From Antedon mediterranea (taxonomy: Eukaryota > Animalia > Echinodermata): DNA of 64,000 nucleotides. The notes under the pieces are model-generated. The model had not been told where the DNA came from. It saw only the letters and a program-made list of their open reading frames with translations, and searched no databases. The DNA lies in the NCBI RefSeq assembly GCF_964355755.1, contig NC_092673.1, forward strand, positions 33,911,648-33,975,647, read 5' to 3'. Numbering within the stretch: the first letter of the stretch is position 1; each line of letters starts with the position of its first letter. A program made the translations under genes and the position numbers. This document shows, piece by piece, positions 25,401 to 37,829 of this stretch.

Positions 25401-28400
25401 CAATGGACTAAATGTACATGTAAAAAAGTATATTATACAAATAATGAATGTTTATGAGTGTAATGGTACAAATAATGGCACGAGGTGAATGATGAACGGT
25501 TATATCAACGAGGCAACGCCGAGTTGATATAACCTTTCATCATTCACCAAGTGCCATTATTTGTACCATTACACGAATACAAAACATTCATTATTTGTTT
25601 TATATAACATCTAAATAAATTCTAGTTATTTGAATCAAATAAAAGGTAGCCCTAGCCAAAGCTTACTACATTTCATTCACACACATTGATTAAAAACAGT
25701 AACATTTGGTTTTTAATAATTTTATATTAAATGTTATATTTATATGGATTTCGTAAACACACCTACTTTTGTGTCAACAAACGACCAAACAATCCTAGGC
25801 CTAGCAAGGCTAAAACGCCTAGGCTAGGCCTAGCCTAATACTAGCATGGCCTAGGCTAGACCTAGTAGCCTAGTACTAGCTTGGCTGAAAGGCAAAACTT
25901 CGACAGACAATTGGAACTTATCTAAGCTAATTATGGTTTTTCCAACAATTCCACGTCTTGTAGGGATGTCCCCATTAATTAATCAAAATCCTAAAAACGA
26001 TCAAAAACTAATTTAAATGCCTTTTTGAATGAAATTAGTACATAATGTCCAAATCGTACACAAATATCTGCTGCTGTTGCATATCTCGCGGTGGTGTTTA
26101 CAAATGAAACTGAGACCAGACGACCGGTGGTGCTGTTGTATTTCACAGTACAGAGCCATATCATAGGATAATTTGTGTACTATATTTTTTTTCATCCGCG
26201 AGACGTTTTTTTTTTCGTACACAAAAATGTTTCAAAAAGTACTATTAAACGATCGTTTAATAGTGCGTACTATTGCACGCCATGTGACCCACAATCGTCC
26301 AATCAAATGACAGGAATTTATTTAGGTGTTATATAAAAATAACTAATAAATTCTATACAATACAATTCGACTTTAATATAGAGAATTATTTTTTTTCAAT
26401 TTTGTTAGTGATAATGTATGTGAAGATGTGGCCCCTGTTGATAATCAGCTTACCCCAGCTAAGAGACTGAAATTTAACCTAATTCCTGATGTCAAAGAAG
26501 CTATTGAAAATGCTAAGATATCAATTGACAGGTAAACAACAGTTACCAATGCACTATGGGATAGATAGTATCATGTAAAGCTCTATTTACACTATCAAAA
26601 TGTGTGATGTGCCCAAATATAGTAGTGATATCCCCAAATATGGTAGTGATATGACATCATCATGTCTATATATGGGCACATTACATTTTGTTGTCACATA
26701 CAGTTTGATAGTGTAGACAGAGATACTACAAGGACTTTATAATTCCAACTGTAGGCCTACTAACACTGGGTAAGCCAGTCATAGGGATTCAGTTCCCTTT
26801 CAATATTTATGATTGGTAAAATTGTATTTTCTAAGCCTAAGTTTTAACTTAAAGGTTGTGTTAATTGACACTATTACAATATATATATATATGGTGGGGT
26901 TCTTTATTTGTGCTTATAAATATAAATGTTTTTATATTGTTGTTTTATTTTAAGTATGATTGAAGATCTAGAACTCCAGATATTTAAATTCAAGTTATTT
27001 GGCAAGGATTTTGTAAAAGCGAATAAATTAAGTCCAGACGGCTTTATCCAAGTAGCTCTACAGTTAGCTTATTTCAAGTAAGTAATATTTTTAATTTTTT
27101 TAATTATTTTGAAGTTATTTAACATCAGTGTGTTTATGCTGATGAATTTCACTGGCTACATTTATTCAACTACACAAGTTTGTAGATTTGAGGTAGTTAC
27201 AGAAGCTATCACAACAAGTGAAGTAAAACTCACACAGTTCAACACCATTCTTTACAGAATTTATGGCGAGTCGTGTGCAACATATGAAAGTGCTTCGTTA
27301 AGACGTTATCAACTTGGTAGAACAGATACAATTAGGTCATGCTCCACTGACTCAGACTTATTTCTTAGAGCAATGGCAGACAGTGACAAATCAGTAAGTC
27401 ATTGATTTAAAGGACATTTTCATAAAATGTTATAATTGAACAATAAAAAATAATGATGAATATGATCATGTATACTATAATAGAGTCAGCCATACTGTTT
27501 CAAACCTGAAGCTATTAATTTTTAACGTTTTTTTGTTATATTTTGTGTACAGAATTCTGAATTAGTTCGTTTGATGAGACAGGCTGTTGAATCTCACAAG
27601 GAGTATACAAACATGGTTAGTTTCTTTATATTTATAGCGCCACCATTTCAACGATCTGGGCACTCCGGACTTGGATGTTACACTTTCCAACTACATGCTT
27701 TACCCCAAAGGGTGACAACATGTCAATGCTTTTTATGCGCTCTCTCATCTGTCCAGTGTGTGAACTAGTACACAGGGGTAACCCCTACTCATCTCGAAGG
27801 TGTACTAGGTTCTTTAAAATACATATTATTGTGTACACTAGACCTAGAGCTTGTAATCCTTATCTGAAAAGAATCGTTGTACCACCAGAACAATTACACA
27901 ACTAATTTATTTTGGGGCTCATTCAGATAAATTTTCATCAAATATTGTTTTAACATTCGTTTTAATTATTTCAGGCTGTGTTTGGTGACGGCATAGATCG
28001 TCATTTATTAGGTTTAAAACTAATGGCAATTGAATGGGGCTGGAATGTGCCAGACTTAATGATGGACACTGCCTATAATATTAGCACACATTTTAAATTA
28101 TCAACCAGCCAGGTAAGTAAATGTCCTGTCAAAGGAAATGTCTCGAAATTGTTTTTGACTTTGCAACTAATTAACTGGATTATGAACAGAAAATGTTAAA
28201 ATTTTTACATTTTTAAACAGTAAATATTATTGCTATTAATTATTTTTATGCAAAGGAATGTCAATGTAGAATGTTATCTTATTTAGTTAAAAAGAACTGC
28301 AGAAAAGTTAGATTTTTTTTCTTATCCCGACTTAGACATGCATTTCAGTATGATCTCTGGCTAATTTAGAGTTTGTCTATTTCTGTTAAAATCTATTTAT

Positions 28401-28643
28401 TAAACCTATTTTTTCCAACTATAGGTGCCTGCCAAGACTGATTCAACTTTGACCTTTGGACCTGTAGTTCCAGATGGCTTTGGTGTCTGTTATAACCCTA
28501 AATCAAAACATATCAACTTTGCTGTATCAGCATTCAATTCAAGCCCTTCTACAAGTTCAATGACCTTGAGTCTCAAACTAACTGAGAGCTTGGCTGAAAT
28601 GCAAAATATATTGGTCCAAGGATCAATGTCTGCAAAATTATAA
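19426..28643 (+). CDS. CRAT: Carnitine O-acetyltransferase, about 641 aa, 14 coding exons, C-terminal PTS1 (AKL)
   Basis: Exons: 19426-19461 (MFSTAIGLSRQV), 20667-20873 (HLPKLPVPPLQQTL), 21534-21620 (DNW), 22085-22257 (LSQWWLDHAYL), 22853-23021 (PLCMYQYYKILSSCRIPG), 23330-23501, 24533-24711 (LLHGGG..NRWADKTLQ), 25253-25353 (catalytic YEHAPAEGPP), 26409-26531, 26955-27077 (SPDGFIQVALQLAY), 27258-27393 (TYESASLRRY..GRTDTIR), 27553-27615, 27975-28112 (GIDRHLLGL..LSTSQ), 28425-28643 (FGPVVPDGFGVCYN...SAKL*). All are GT-AG with consistent phases. Confidence 0.96.
19675..20491. mobile_element. About 817-bp non-autonomous TIR DNA transposon in CRAT intron 1
   Basis: About 40-bp imperfect TIRs (gggat...gttgagccgccgacaagttgagccgccg / cggcggctcaacttgtcggcggcccaacc...atccc) with an exact flanking duplication ctatgta. 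Confidence 0.8.
21940..22053. mobile_element. MITE family A copy (partial)
   Basis: Core plus right TIR agtttgatagtgtagacagagct|taa. Confidence 0.7.
23634..24183. mobile_element. MITE family A copy interrupted by a LINE 3' fragment
   Basis: Left TIR agctctgtctccactat, right TIR atagtgaagacagagct; the core is split at about 23704/24092. Confidence 0.75.
23705..24091 (+). mobile_element. 5'-truncated LINE (Rex-Babar-like ORF2 C-terminus + 3' UTR + (tatct)n tail)
   Basis: Translates RRAGKMIG...DASHPLH...PSGRLR..KTNRFAKSFIP..I..YN; followed by gaatttcc..ggatcaataaaagt(tatct)n. Confidence 0.75.
25064..25204. mobile_element. MITE family A copy
   Basis: agttctgtctacacta...tagtgtagacagatct. Confidence 0.75.
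25432..26337 (-). mobile_element. About 900-bp non-autonomous element with a long terminal hairpin and subterminal inverted repeats (Helentron/HINE-like)
   Basis: About 80-bp-arm inverted repeat at about 25436-25598 centred on cgaggcaacgccgag; tatataacatctaaataaattc (about 25601) is inverted to gaatttatttaggtgttatataa (about 26313). An internally deleted copy lies at 32131-32285. Confidence 0.65.
26579..26724. mobile_element. MITE family A copy
   Basis: agctctatttacactatcaaa...tttgatagtgtagacagag. Confidence 0.8.
27625..27880 (-). mobile_element. Degenerate SINE remnant (Nin/Deu-like central domain)
   Basis: ggggtaacccctactcatctcgaaggtgtactaggttctttaa motif and an AT tail; family assigned from memory only. 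Confidence 0.35.
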
Positions 28644-30517
28644 AATAATTATTATATTGAAATAATTTTAGTAAATGCTATTTTAAAACTCCCTCCAATA
28701 AAAAAGAATCTTTTTGGTGTTTTCCTCACTCTCATAAAAATATAATATAATTACTTGATATAATATTATACTTGGAAAAAAATTCATACACAATTGAGGG
28801 CTGGGGCTTATTCAAATGATAAAGGGAACTGAATTATCTTATGTGGTTGGTTCCCATTAGGATGTAACGCAAGGGCGTAAGCGCCATGTGGTCAAGTAAT
28901 TTGACCAATCTTGACGTAATGAATCATCACAACTGTGATGTTGGTTAACACACTTGTGTTGCATTGGGACCAAGAATTTTTAGTGGCAATATCTAGCAAA
29001 TCGCCTAGATTACCTTTAAAGATCTAAAAAATTGGATGGTTATTCTAAAAAGGAACTCTTTTAGGTAAGTTATTGATTAAACCAAGTATGGTACATATAC
29101 AATTTTGATGCAACCTCGTAACATTTTTTGTAGAAGACAACTTATAATATAATAATAATAGAGAATTGGTGGATTGAAATATTTATACTTAATAATATGG
29201 TGCAAGGTATAATTCACCAGTGTGCTTTTTCTATGTCTTTTCAAATTAAGGGGTCTGATTCGTTAAATTAAGTAAAAGTACTAGTAATTAAGTATCAATA
29301 AATTAACTTAAGTTATTATGTGATAATTCAATATATATTATATTATTGGAATAAATGATGTGGCTTAAACTTAATAGGAATAAATAAATATATGGGTTGG
29401 AGTCCAAAACTACTGACATCACAGTATCATGTGACTGTTATGGTGTCAAAGATTGCACAAATCAGAATTGTTATGCCCGGGTGATTTCATAATCATTACA
29501 GTATAGTTTTAAGAATACGCAATTTAAACATGTAATATAATTATAATACTGTTAGTATTTGTAAGATAACATATAAAAGTCCCAATTATAATTTAAGAGT
29601 TACATGGTTGCACTTGGATGCAACACCATGTTACCACAATGCAAAGTGAGTTAACCAATCACAAGTGACAGTTAAAATGATCCATTGCGTCAAGATTGGT
29701 CAAATTACTTGTGGCGTGCTTACTTCTTTCCGTTGCTCCAATAAGTCTTATGCAGCATCAAATTATTAATAAGATATGATAAGAACTCTACAACCAATTG
29801 ATTAGTTATGTAGAGTAAATTAAAAACCTAAAGAAAAAATAATGGTGGATAATAAGATGAGAATGGAAATACACTTCCAATAATGTTCTTCGCACAATTG
29901 GTTACTCTGTAAATAAAGGAAGTTTTATTTTCTTGGGAGTATGAATTAGAAAATAATAACTACTGCCATAAATAATAATATAGAAAATATTTAAATAAAA
30001 TTTTGAATGCGTAACTGAATTTTGTTGTTTTTCATTTTTTATAATTCACTTATATACTTAGTCAGAATGACTTTAACAAATACGTACTGTAATAGTTACT
30101 GAAGTTACTATTACAATCTCGTCAATGAAAACACAAACTACACAGAAACTTAAGAAGCAGAAAAAAAACCCTTTTCAATCCATCACATAGTTTTGGAAAC
30201 ATTTGGAGAAAAAGTTCATTATAGTATGACTTTGATTTGATTTGATTTATTTCAGCATCATGACAAAAATGATTGATGATGCACATTTTATTTGTACTGT
30301 TCACTCTGATTTGTTCTCTTCTACAACCAATGTTTAAAAAAAATGGGTTGAAAACACAGTGGTTGCAAAAAAAAGTTTTATTTACTGTAATAGCAATACA
30401 ATAGTATTAAGGTTCACATACTGTAATCATTATATGGGTACACACTGTAATATTTCACATACTGTAATCATTATATGGGTACATGTTGTAATATTGCTAG
30501 AGAATAAACTAGCATAA

Positions 30518-30638
30518 AGCTCTGTCTACATTATTATATAGTTTGACCACAAAAGTGTGATGTGCCCAAATATATACATACATATATAGGCACATCCCAT
30601 TTTTTTGTCAAATAAAGTTTGATAGTGTAGACAAGACC
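30518..30638. mobile_element. MITE family A copy
   Basis: agctctgtctaca...aagtttgatagtgtagaca. Confidence 0.75.
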
Positions 30639-31449
30639 TTACACATGAATGCCTTGTACAGTAGCATTTTCCTCAATGAACCACAAAAGCGAAATGAACT
30701 CGACATATTTTGATTTTGAATACTACTATTAATATTAGGCAATTTACAGCGCACCTCTTTTAATAATTGCAAGCATATATTAATAATTGAAAACATTATT
30801 TAAAATTCAAATAAAAATATATATATATTACAAATAGCATTGTATTTAAAAGCACACACATAAAAGCATAATTCTTAAATGTATTATAAACATATCTAGC
30901 AATGAATGTTAGCTATTGTGCTTCAGAACACATGGCCTGGTGGCCTCTTGCAAAATCAGTATTACAGCTTATTATTCTTGCAATATGGCAAGGAATTGGA
31001 CTGACATGTGAAAGGGCACAGGACTAGACTTGCCCCAAGTCTGTATTCATTGTCTTTTTTTATTTCTTTTTTTTTAAATTTCGATTTTTGTCTGAAAATA
31101 TATAAGGAAAGTATCCAAGCTCAAGTTACACGCCATATGTGCAAAAATATTTATATTTTTACTAATATGTATATAAAATGCACACGATCATCAGCTGATC
31201 ATTGTAGGTCCTGTTCTGTAGCTTCCATGGATCGTAGAGAGAAAAGTCTGCCTTTCCTCAAATTAAAATTAAAAATTATAGATATACATATTTACAGTTA
31301 TTGCAAAATTTTAATCACTGCAGCTGCTTATAGAACACGTTAATAAAAATAGATATAGCAATAATATTTTCAATATTATTTTAGCATCCAATTTTTAATA
31401 TTACAGAACATGGTGGATTTACACTTGTGTAATTATACAATAAATTATC

Positions 31450-34400
31450 TTAAGATGGTGGGAACAACAGCGAAAATGTGACGTATATAGGCAGAGAAAG
31501 GCCCTCTAGAGTCAGAATTTCACTGCGACTAGTCTTCGAGCCGAGACCAAACTTCTTACTGAGGATGCCTGTGTTAAACATGTAGTCATTGCCGTCAATC
31601 TTGGATTGAGTGCGTATGCTGTAGCGAACTTCACGATCTTGTCGCATTGAGAATGTTTGTCGTTCGCACGCTTTGAAAGACAGTGTTGGATCGTGAGGCT
31701 TCAGACGCTGAGGATTATAATGGGAATTGATTTATCTCTTAGAAAAATGTATCAAAAATATACCGGGTTATATAACAGTTCACACTATAATTTCCATCAT
31801 AAAGGCCAATTTACACAGACGAGTGGTAACGGTAATAAAAATATGGAATCTATGTTATTCTTTATGAAAATTTACACACAACGTGGGACAAGTTGCGCGG
31901 TTTACTGTTATCGTCTGTGAAAAATTGGCCTTTATACTCAATATTCAAAATGTACCTGCATGTAGAATTGATATGTGTGTTCTTTACCAAGTCTATGAGC
32001 TTTCAACTCAAAATGAAACCCATATAATGAAATGACCTCTGTGTGGTACCTAGGTTCCTGAAAAAAGACAAGCAATAGCAAACATTGAATGAAGGAGACT
32101 CCCAGTTAATACAACAAAAAATATGCAATATTATACAAATAATGAATGTTTATGAGTGGAATGGTACAAATAATGGCATGAAGTGAATAATGAAAGGTTA
32201 TATTTCCACGAGGCGACCTTTAAATAGTGCGTACTATTGCAAATGTGACCCAGAAATGATGGGAATTTATTTAGGTGTTATATAAACACATTTTAACCAT
32301 CATCCATAGATTGAAAAGAACTTTTTACGTAAAACAATTTATAAATGAATAAATAAAGTATCTCTTACCTGTTCAATTATGAAACCAGCTCTAATAGCAT
32401 CATTATTAAAGTTGAGCATTAACGACATATCACCACCCCCTTGTAAGGCTTGGTAGTGCTGGCTTAACATCTTCAGTACCCAGGGCTGTGGTACAACATT
32501 CATGCGTACCATATCGTCCAGGTTACGGGTGTCGGTGATACCGTGCATTCGCAGTGACAAGAACAGTCCGGCGTATGCCTGCCCATCCTCACGTTCAATG
32601 AAGGAGCAGTTTTTTGGTAAACTGAATAAATTTATAAAGTTGTTCTTAATCAATTTTTCACAAACAATTTCTCTTTCTCTTAGTCTGGACAATATTGGAT
32701 AAAAGGGCTTTTGAAAGGTTCTAGCTGACAGCGCCCTCATTGTTTTTTAACCTATTTTACTAACCTATTGAAGAAAGTTACGATTGTACTGTGTGAGGGC
32801 ATCAGCATGATGTGTGGATGATGTTGAAGAAATATCCAATAACACAGCAACTTGTACACATAATATTCATTGTAAACAAACAGTCTAGAATTAAAAAAAC
32901 ATAATTTGTAAACATAATAATATTGTGTAACATACTAAGCATTTTTAACTAGAAAGAAATTTCACTAAGATTCTAGTCACAAAAAAAAACTACAATTGTT
33001 AGTTGAAACAATTTAATATACTGTAGTTAAAAACAATCAAGAAAAAAATAAAATTAATAACAATTAAATACAAAATTAAGGAGATGTTTACTATATAACT
33101 TTAAAATAAAAAGTAATGACAAAAAAAATCACCAAAGGTTTGGTGCTTTGTTTTTTTGTAAAGTTAATTTGACTCACTTGTTCTTGAAAATGGTTCCATG
33201 ATGGTTCTGGAACGTCAATCTCTTTTGTCAATAAATTTTATTTTAAAAATAATTAAATATTTCAAAGAATACACTACCTGCTTGACTTCAGTAATCTCTG
33301 TAGAAGAATCAGTGGCAACTCCCTTAGGTGAATCTGAACAGACAACTGGTAGAAAAAAATGAAATAAATATTCAAAATTAGAAATGTTCTCAAAACTTGA
33401 GTAACCTTACCAAAACACGGAGCACATTATTCAGGCATTGTATTTGTAAGATGAGAACACGTCAGGGCTAATTAGACTTCTGGGAATCTAAAGAGCATCC
33501 GCTGTACCAACCAACAAAAATGAATAAAAGAGATAAGGCTATACTTACTGATGGGATTAAATTAAGTTCTAACCAACGTTCACATGCTGTAACAACACTG
33601 CCAACCTTGTACTATATAAGAAATACAATGTAAATATCTTTTATATTTATTAAATGTGCTAAAAAGATGTTTGTTACACACCTTGTTTTTGTTATTAGTT
33701 TTGTCATAATTGGCATGCCATAGGAGTTTTCTGATGATTTGTTGTATACTAGTTATGTTAAATTATGTGTTTTACTAGTCAATTAGAATAATTGATTGAC
33801 AACCAGTATTTGTGTTATGCATCTTATTTACACCTAGAAAATAATGTTAACAAAATAATGAAGAATAAATGTTAACAAATTGCAATTTACCTTCACACCA
33901 GCGTAGTGATAAGAGCAGACAGTCTCAGAATGTATACTCCTAAGCATCAAATGTTCACATCTATAACAAAAAAAAATAAAATAAAAAATAACATAATTTG
34001 TAGCCGCTTGGATTCTAATTACAGGTTCCTTTTAATTTAAAAACAAACCTCTTTGGTATAAAAATAGATCTTAAGCTGCTCTGTCTACACTATCAAAATA
34101 GATTGAAAATTATGATGTACCCAAATATGGTAATGATATGATTACTGTATGTCCATGTATGAGTTTAATAGTGTAGACAGAGCTTAACATACCGTTTGAT
34201 TAAATCTTCAAACTGTAGCATTGATGCACAGGCCAATACACTGACAATACTGCAGTTATTCACTTCAAGTTTATCATGGTATAAGTTACCCAATGCCACT
34301 GCCAAAGCTTTGAAAAAGAAAACAAAATTACACAATGCAATAATAAAAGATTAGATCTGGCAATAATATGAACTCTAATGATGAAATATGTTAGGAAGAT

Positions 34401-37400
34401 ACTGTCTTTGGAAAGCCTGGAGGAAGGGTTAGTGCTACCCGAAAGCTCTGCACATTTTTTTCTGGCTGTTTTACTTTATTGTTTTGATTTTTTACCTTTT
34501 TCGCTTATTTAAGATCCAGCTACTGATACCCACAGCAGTGTTGTCTTTTAGTAATTTGTTTTTTTTTATTTACAGAGCCATACATATGTATATGATGTAT
34601 ACCATAGTGTATTAAAACACCTGTGTAGCCTAGTACACGAGTATAGGACTGGCTACTGGTTGTATTGGGAATAAAGCTGTTGTGGACAGCAGAGTCAGTG
34701 CTGAAGATCCCAGGGAAGGTTGGGCAACAACTACCTTAGAGGTCTATCTACAGTAAACGCATTACACATGCTGCTATTAAACTTAAATATAATCAATACA
34801 GTATCTCACCCTCTTTTGTCACAAACACATCTGTCACCTTCAGTTTCAATTTTGTAACTATACTTCTCCTAGCTGGAGTAGTGTGTCCTGGATGATCTTT
34901 GTCTCGTTTTTGTTTGTTTTGCGGCGTAGAATCAGTCATGCTAAGCCGTCGACTCATCTCTTGGTACTCGTTACTGTAGTATTGACTTTTATTGATGTAT
35001 TGGTCCAGAGTAGCACACATAGGGTCTCTGTAGTAGAGCTCCTTCTTGGGTTCTTGGCTTGCTTGTTGTAAGAGGGTTGTAAGCGTTCCCGACTTCTGAA
35101 TGTATGGTCGATGCAGCTCCCAGTTTGAATTCAAACATTCAAGAAGAATGTCTGAAAGTTAGTAAAATAAAACATTTTAAATAATTAAATAGCTTGGTGG
35201 TCTAGTGGTATGGTTCAAGACTAGTGGTCTGGGAATTGTGGGTTCGACTCCAATCAGAGAAAAGTATATTTTTACTTATGCAATAAATTAGGCTTATTCA
35301 ACTAGTCCGTTACTAGCTCCTCTGTGTTTCTATCTTACAAGAGGGAGTAGATCTTTAGCTTGAGAAGCTTGTAAGAAACCAGTAAAATGTGCCTATTGAA
35401 TAGCACTCTTGAATAGTGCTTACAGTACTGTATCTCTCCCACAGAGAGTGTCTATTGCATATTAAACTAAGAAATGATATTTATTGATGTTTGCAGTGAT
35501 GCAACTAACCTGGTCCAAGTAGATTCTTAACAGGGTATGAATGATAATGGAAGATGTCAAGTGGTGTAGGACTTCTGGCAGATGTCGGTTGATACTTCTT
35601 GATAGGATGGCAGCTGCTGATGATAAATGTAATGACAATGAATGGTATACTGTACACAGTAGAACCCCATGTTTAAATATTAAAAGTGTTGAAGTTATGT
35701 ACAACATGACAGAAATCAATGGTAATACTGTAGAGTACAACCCGTTTTTTGGGCCAATCCACATTCAGGGGACACCCCTATTAAGTAATACGAGTCTAGC
35801 AACAAAAGGCTAGGCCGAAAGATAATTACCTGCCTACAGAGAGTCTTCCAGGAGCCGTTGCTAGGTTTCTTTTATTGACATCAGGTGAATCTTTATGTTT
35901 TGAATCTTTTCTTGGAGAAGTACATGGCCTCCGATGCAAATCTTGTTGGTTTAAATGATCTTGCGTGTTTACATTTAAACTGGTGGCGGGATTATCAGCT
36001 TAAAAACAAAACGTAAAAAAGGTTACCAAATGATCACAAAAGATTTAGCATTAAATTGAGCAATGGCAACAAAGGCTGTTCTACTCTAATGTTGCCAGTG
36101 GGGTTTGTAAGATTCAAAAGAACTCCTTTTTCCTGAAAAGTCTTCTCAAACTTTTCAAAATCTTTTACATTTATTCATTTCCATTTGGTCCCTAGTGCTT
36201 GCTTGTGTTCAAACTTTTTCAGAAACCTCCTTTTAAAACTCTTGGCATTTATTACCCGTCATAACAGCCATAATACTTTGACTGTAGTGTTCGTTTAATG
36301 ACTTCAGAGCCTGAGCTCTGCCTAGCAAGTCTCCTCCGAGTGATTCTGGCAATCTCCAGCGGTTTGTGCAACCAACCTGAGATCGTACACGAGATCTTGG
36401 GGATACCTGAAGCTAATGGAGAAAAAGATATGTTACTTTTTGGAGCTAGACATATTGAACAATGCAAGTTTAAATATTTAGGGCCTATAGTAGAATACTT
36501 TCAACATATTATTATAGACTATAATGCATAATACAAACTAGAAATGTATAGTATTGTCTAACTAGTGTAATGTAACCATATATGTTGCAGTATGTGCAAC
36601 TGTGATGGATCGTGTTACTCTTTAATTTAAAATTTAACTGGCAACTATAAACAAACACTTGCTGTGTGTAAGTATGTCAGACATATCATGTGGGATGTTT
36701 TGCCCTAATAATTGTACTGAATGTAAAGTTCATTGAGAAATCTGCAATTCTGGGGTGGACTCAAACCAATGAACTCCAAGTCACTAGCCTGGCATTTACA
36801 CCTCTAGACCATACATTTTGCGCTGTGGAAACCAGTTGGAATATGCAGCTCAGTGGTCTAGAGCTGTGTTTCAAGATTAGTGATCTAGACTCATTGTTGG
36901 TTCAATTCACATCAGCTCTTTAAGCCAGCATTATAATGAAGGGTTACATAGTGCATGGCATTCATATGTCTAGACAATCAAGCCACCATCTCCCTAAAAG
37001 GAGGGGTTATATACTGTAACTAACTTGGCACAGCATAGTGTATATATTTATTGAAACCCAACAGGTTAAGAAAGGGGTATCTTTTCAATTCATTATCTAA
37101 TACAATTCAAAATGTAATGTTTGGTGATTAGGGGCGATATGGGCATGATGATGACATCTAAGAATTAAAGGGAGGAAGAATTGTCTGTGATTCAAACAGG
37201 TACTCTATTCAAAGCCTATTTATTCAACCTTCCCTTGTTGATGTAAGAGTGTCAAATATAACTCACTCTTGGTGGTTGTCTGCCGTCAACAACCACACCA
37301 CGGAGAGCTGTTAAAGGTGCATCTTGAAATGCTCTGAAATAAATGAAAACAACAATTATTTAGAAAGCTTACAGTCTTTTATCTATAACATTTATTATTT

Positions 37401-37829
37401 ATAGACAAATACACAAAAGGTAAAACTCATTTATATTTAAGGATTAAAGAATGTTCATTGATGTGTTGCGATACCGAAGGCAAGTCTACTACTCTCTAAG
37501 CATAGATAGGCCTTGATTCTGACATTATGGAAGCCCTGTAGATACCTAGGCATAGGCCTAGGTAGAGATCTAGCTATTAATATTCAAAACTAGGCCTAGC
37601 CTACTGACTAACCATCCATATCCTACAACAAGAATCTTGTCAAGATTAAGTTTTAAAATAATTAGGCCCTAGCCTAGCTAGTAGGCCTATGCCTATATGC
37701 TTTTTCTTACATTGTGTATGACAAAAGTTCTTTTGGCATTTTCGGTGGAACAGCCGGTAAAAACGGTAGCTTAGATTGTTGTCCTGCCGAACTATCAACA
37801 GGTGATAACAACAAAAAATCAGACGACAT
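31450..37829 (-). CDS. BTBD16: BTB/POZ domain-containing protein 16-like (germ cell-less-related), about 667 aa, 14 coding exons
   Basis: Exons (minus): 37711-37829, 37267-37333, 36256-36406 (VGCTNRWRLPESLGGDLL), 35830-35998, 35510-35616 (acceptor uncertain), 34810-35151 (DILLECLNSNWELHRPYIQKSGTL), 34193-34307 (ALAVALGNLY), 33891-33960, 33549-33611 (CERWLELNLIP), 33278-33345 (QIHLRELP), 32765-32884 (RLFVYNEY..LCYWIFLQ), 32369-32621 (LFLSLRMHGIT..HYQALQGGGDM), 31956-32057 (ISLYGFHF), 31450-31707 (LSLPIYVTFSLLFPPS*). Motifs match vertebrate BTBD16 as I recall them. Confidence 0.88.
31803..31932. mobile_element. MITE (ggccaatttacacagacg TIR)
   Basis: taaaggccaatttacacagacga...tcgtctgtgaaaaattggccttta. 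Confidence 0.7.
32131..32285 (-). mobile_element. Internally deleted copy of the 25432-26337 element
   Basis: Shares both ends (tatacaaataatgaatgtttatgagtg... and ...gaatttatttaggtgttatataa). Confidence 0.75.
34076..34184. mobile_element. MITE family A copy abutting a BTBD16 splice donor
   Basis: gctctgtctacactatcaaa...tagtgtagacagagct|taacatac. Confidence 0.75.
35190..35260 (+). mobile_element. tRNA-like SINE head remnant
   Basis: A-box tggtctagtgg and B-box gggttcgactcc with no complete cloverleaf. Similar fragments at about 1455, 2870, 22730-22790, 36770-36900, 41274 and 42678. Confidence 0.4.

Noticed and set aside
33278-33345. Suspected frameshift or pseudogenisation of BTBD16
   Set aside because: Re-reading gives an intact exon (LSVQIHLRELPLILLQRLLKSSR), and the next exon is also intact.
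33411-33501. Possible extra BTBD16 exon with AG and GTAAGG ends
   Set aside because: It has an in-frame stop, would leave only a 47-nt upstream intron, and the protein is complete without it.
35190-35260. tRNA gene
   Set aside because: A and B boxes are present but there is no pairing acceptor or anticodon stem; similar decayed fragments are scattered through the window, consistent with SINE heads.
36252-36531. ORF-track peptides 36252-36467 (-) and 36298-36531 (+)
   Set aside because: Wrong frame or strand; the BTBD16-like TNRWRLP motif is in another minus-strand frame starting at acceptor 36406.
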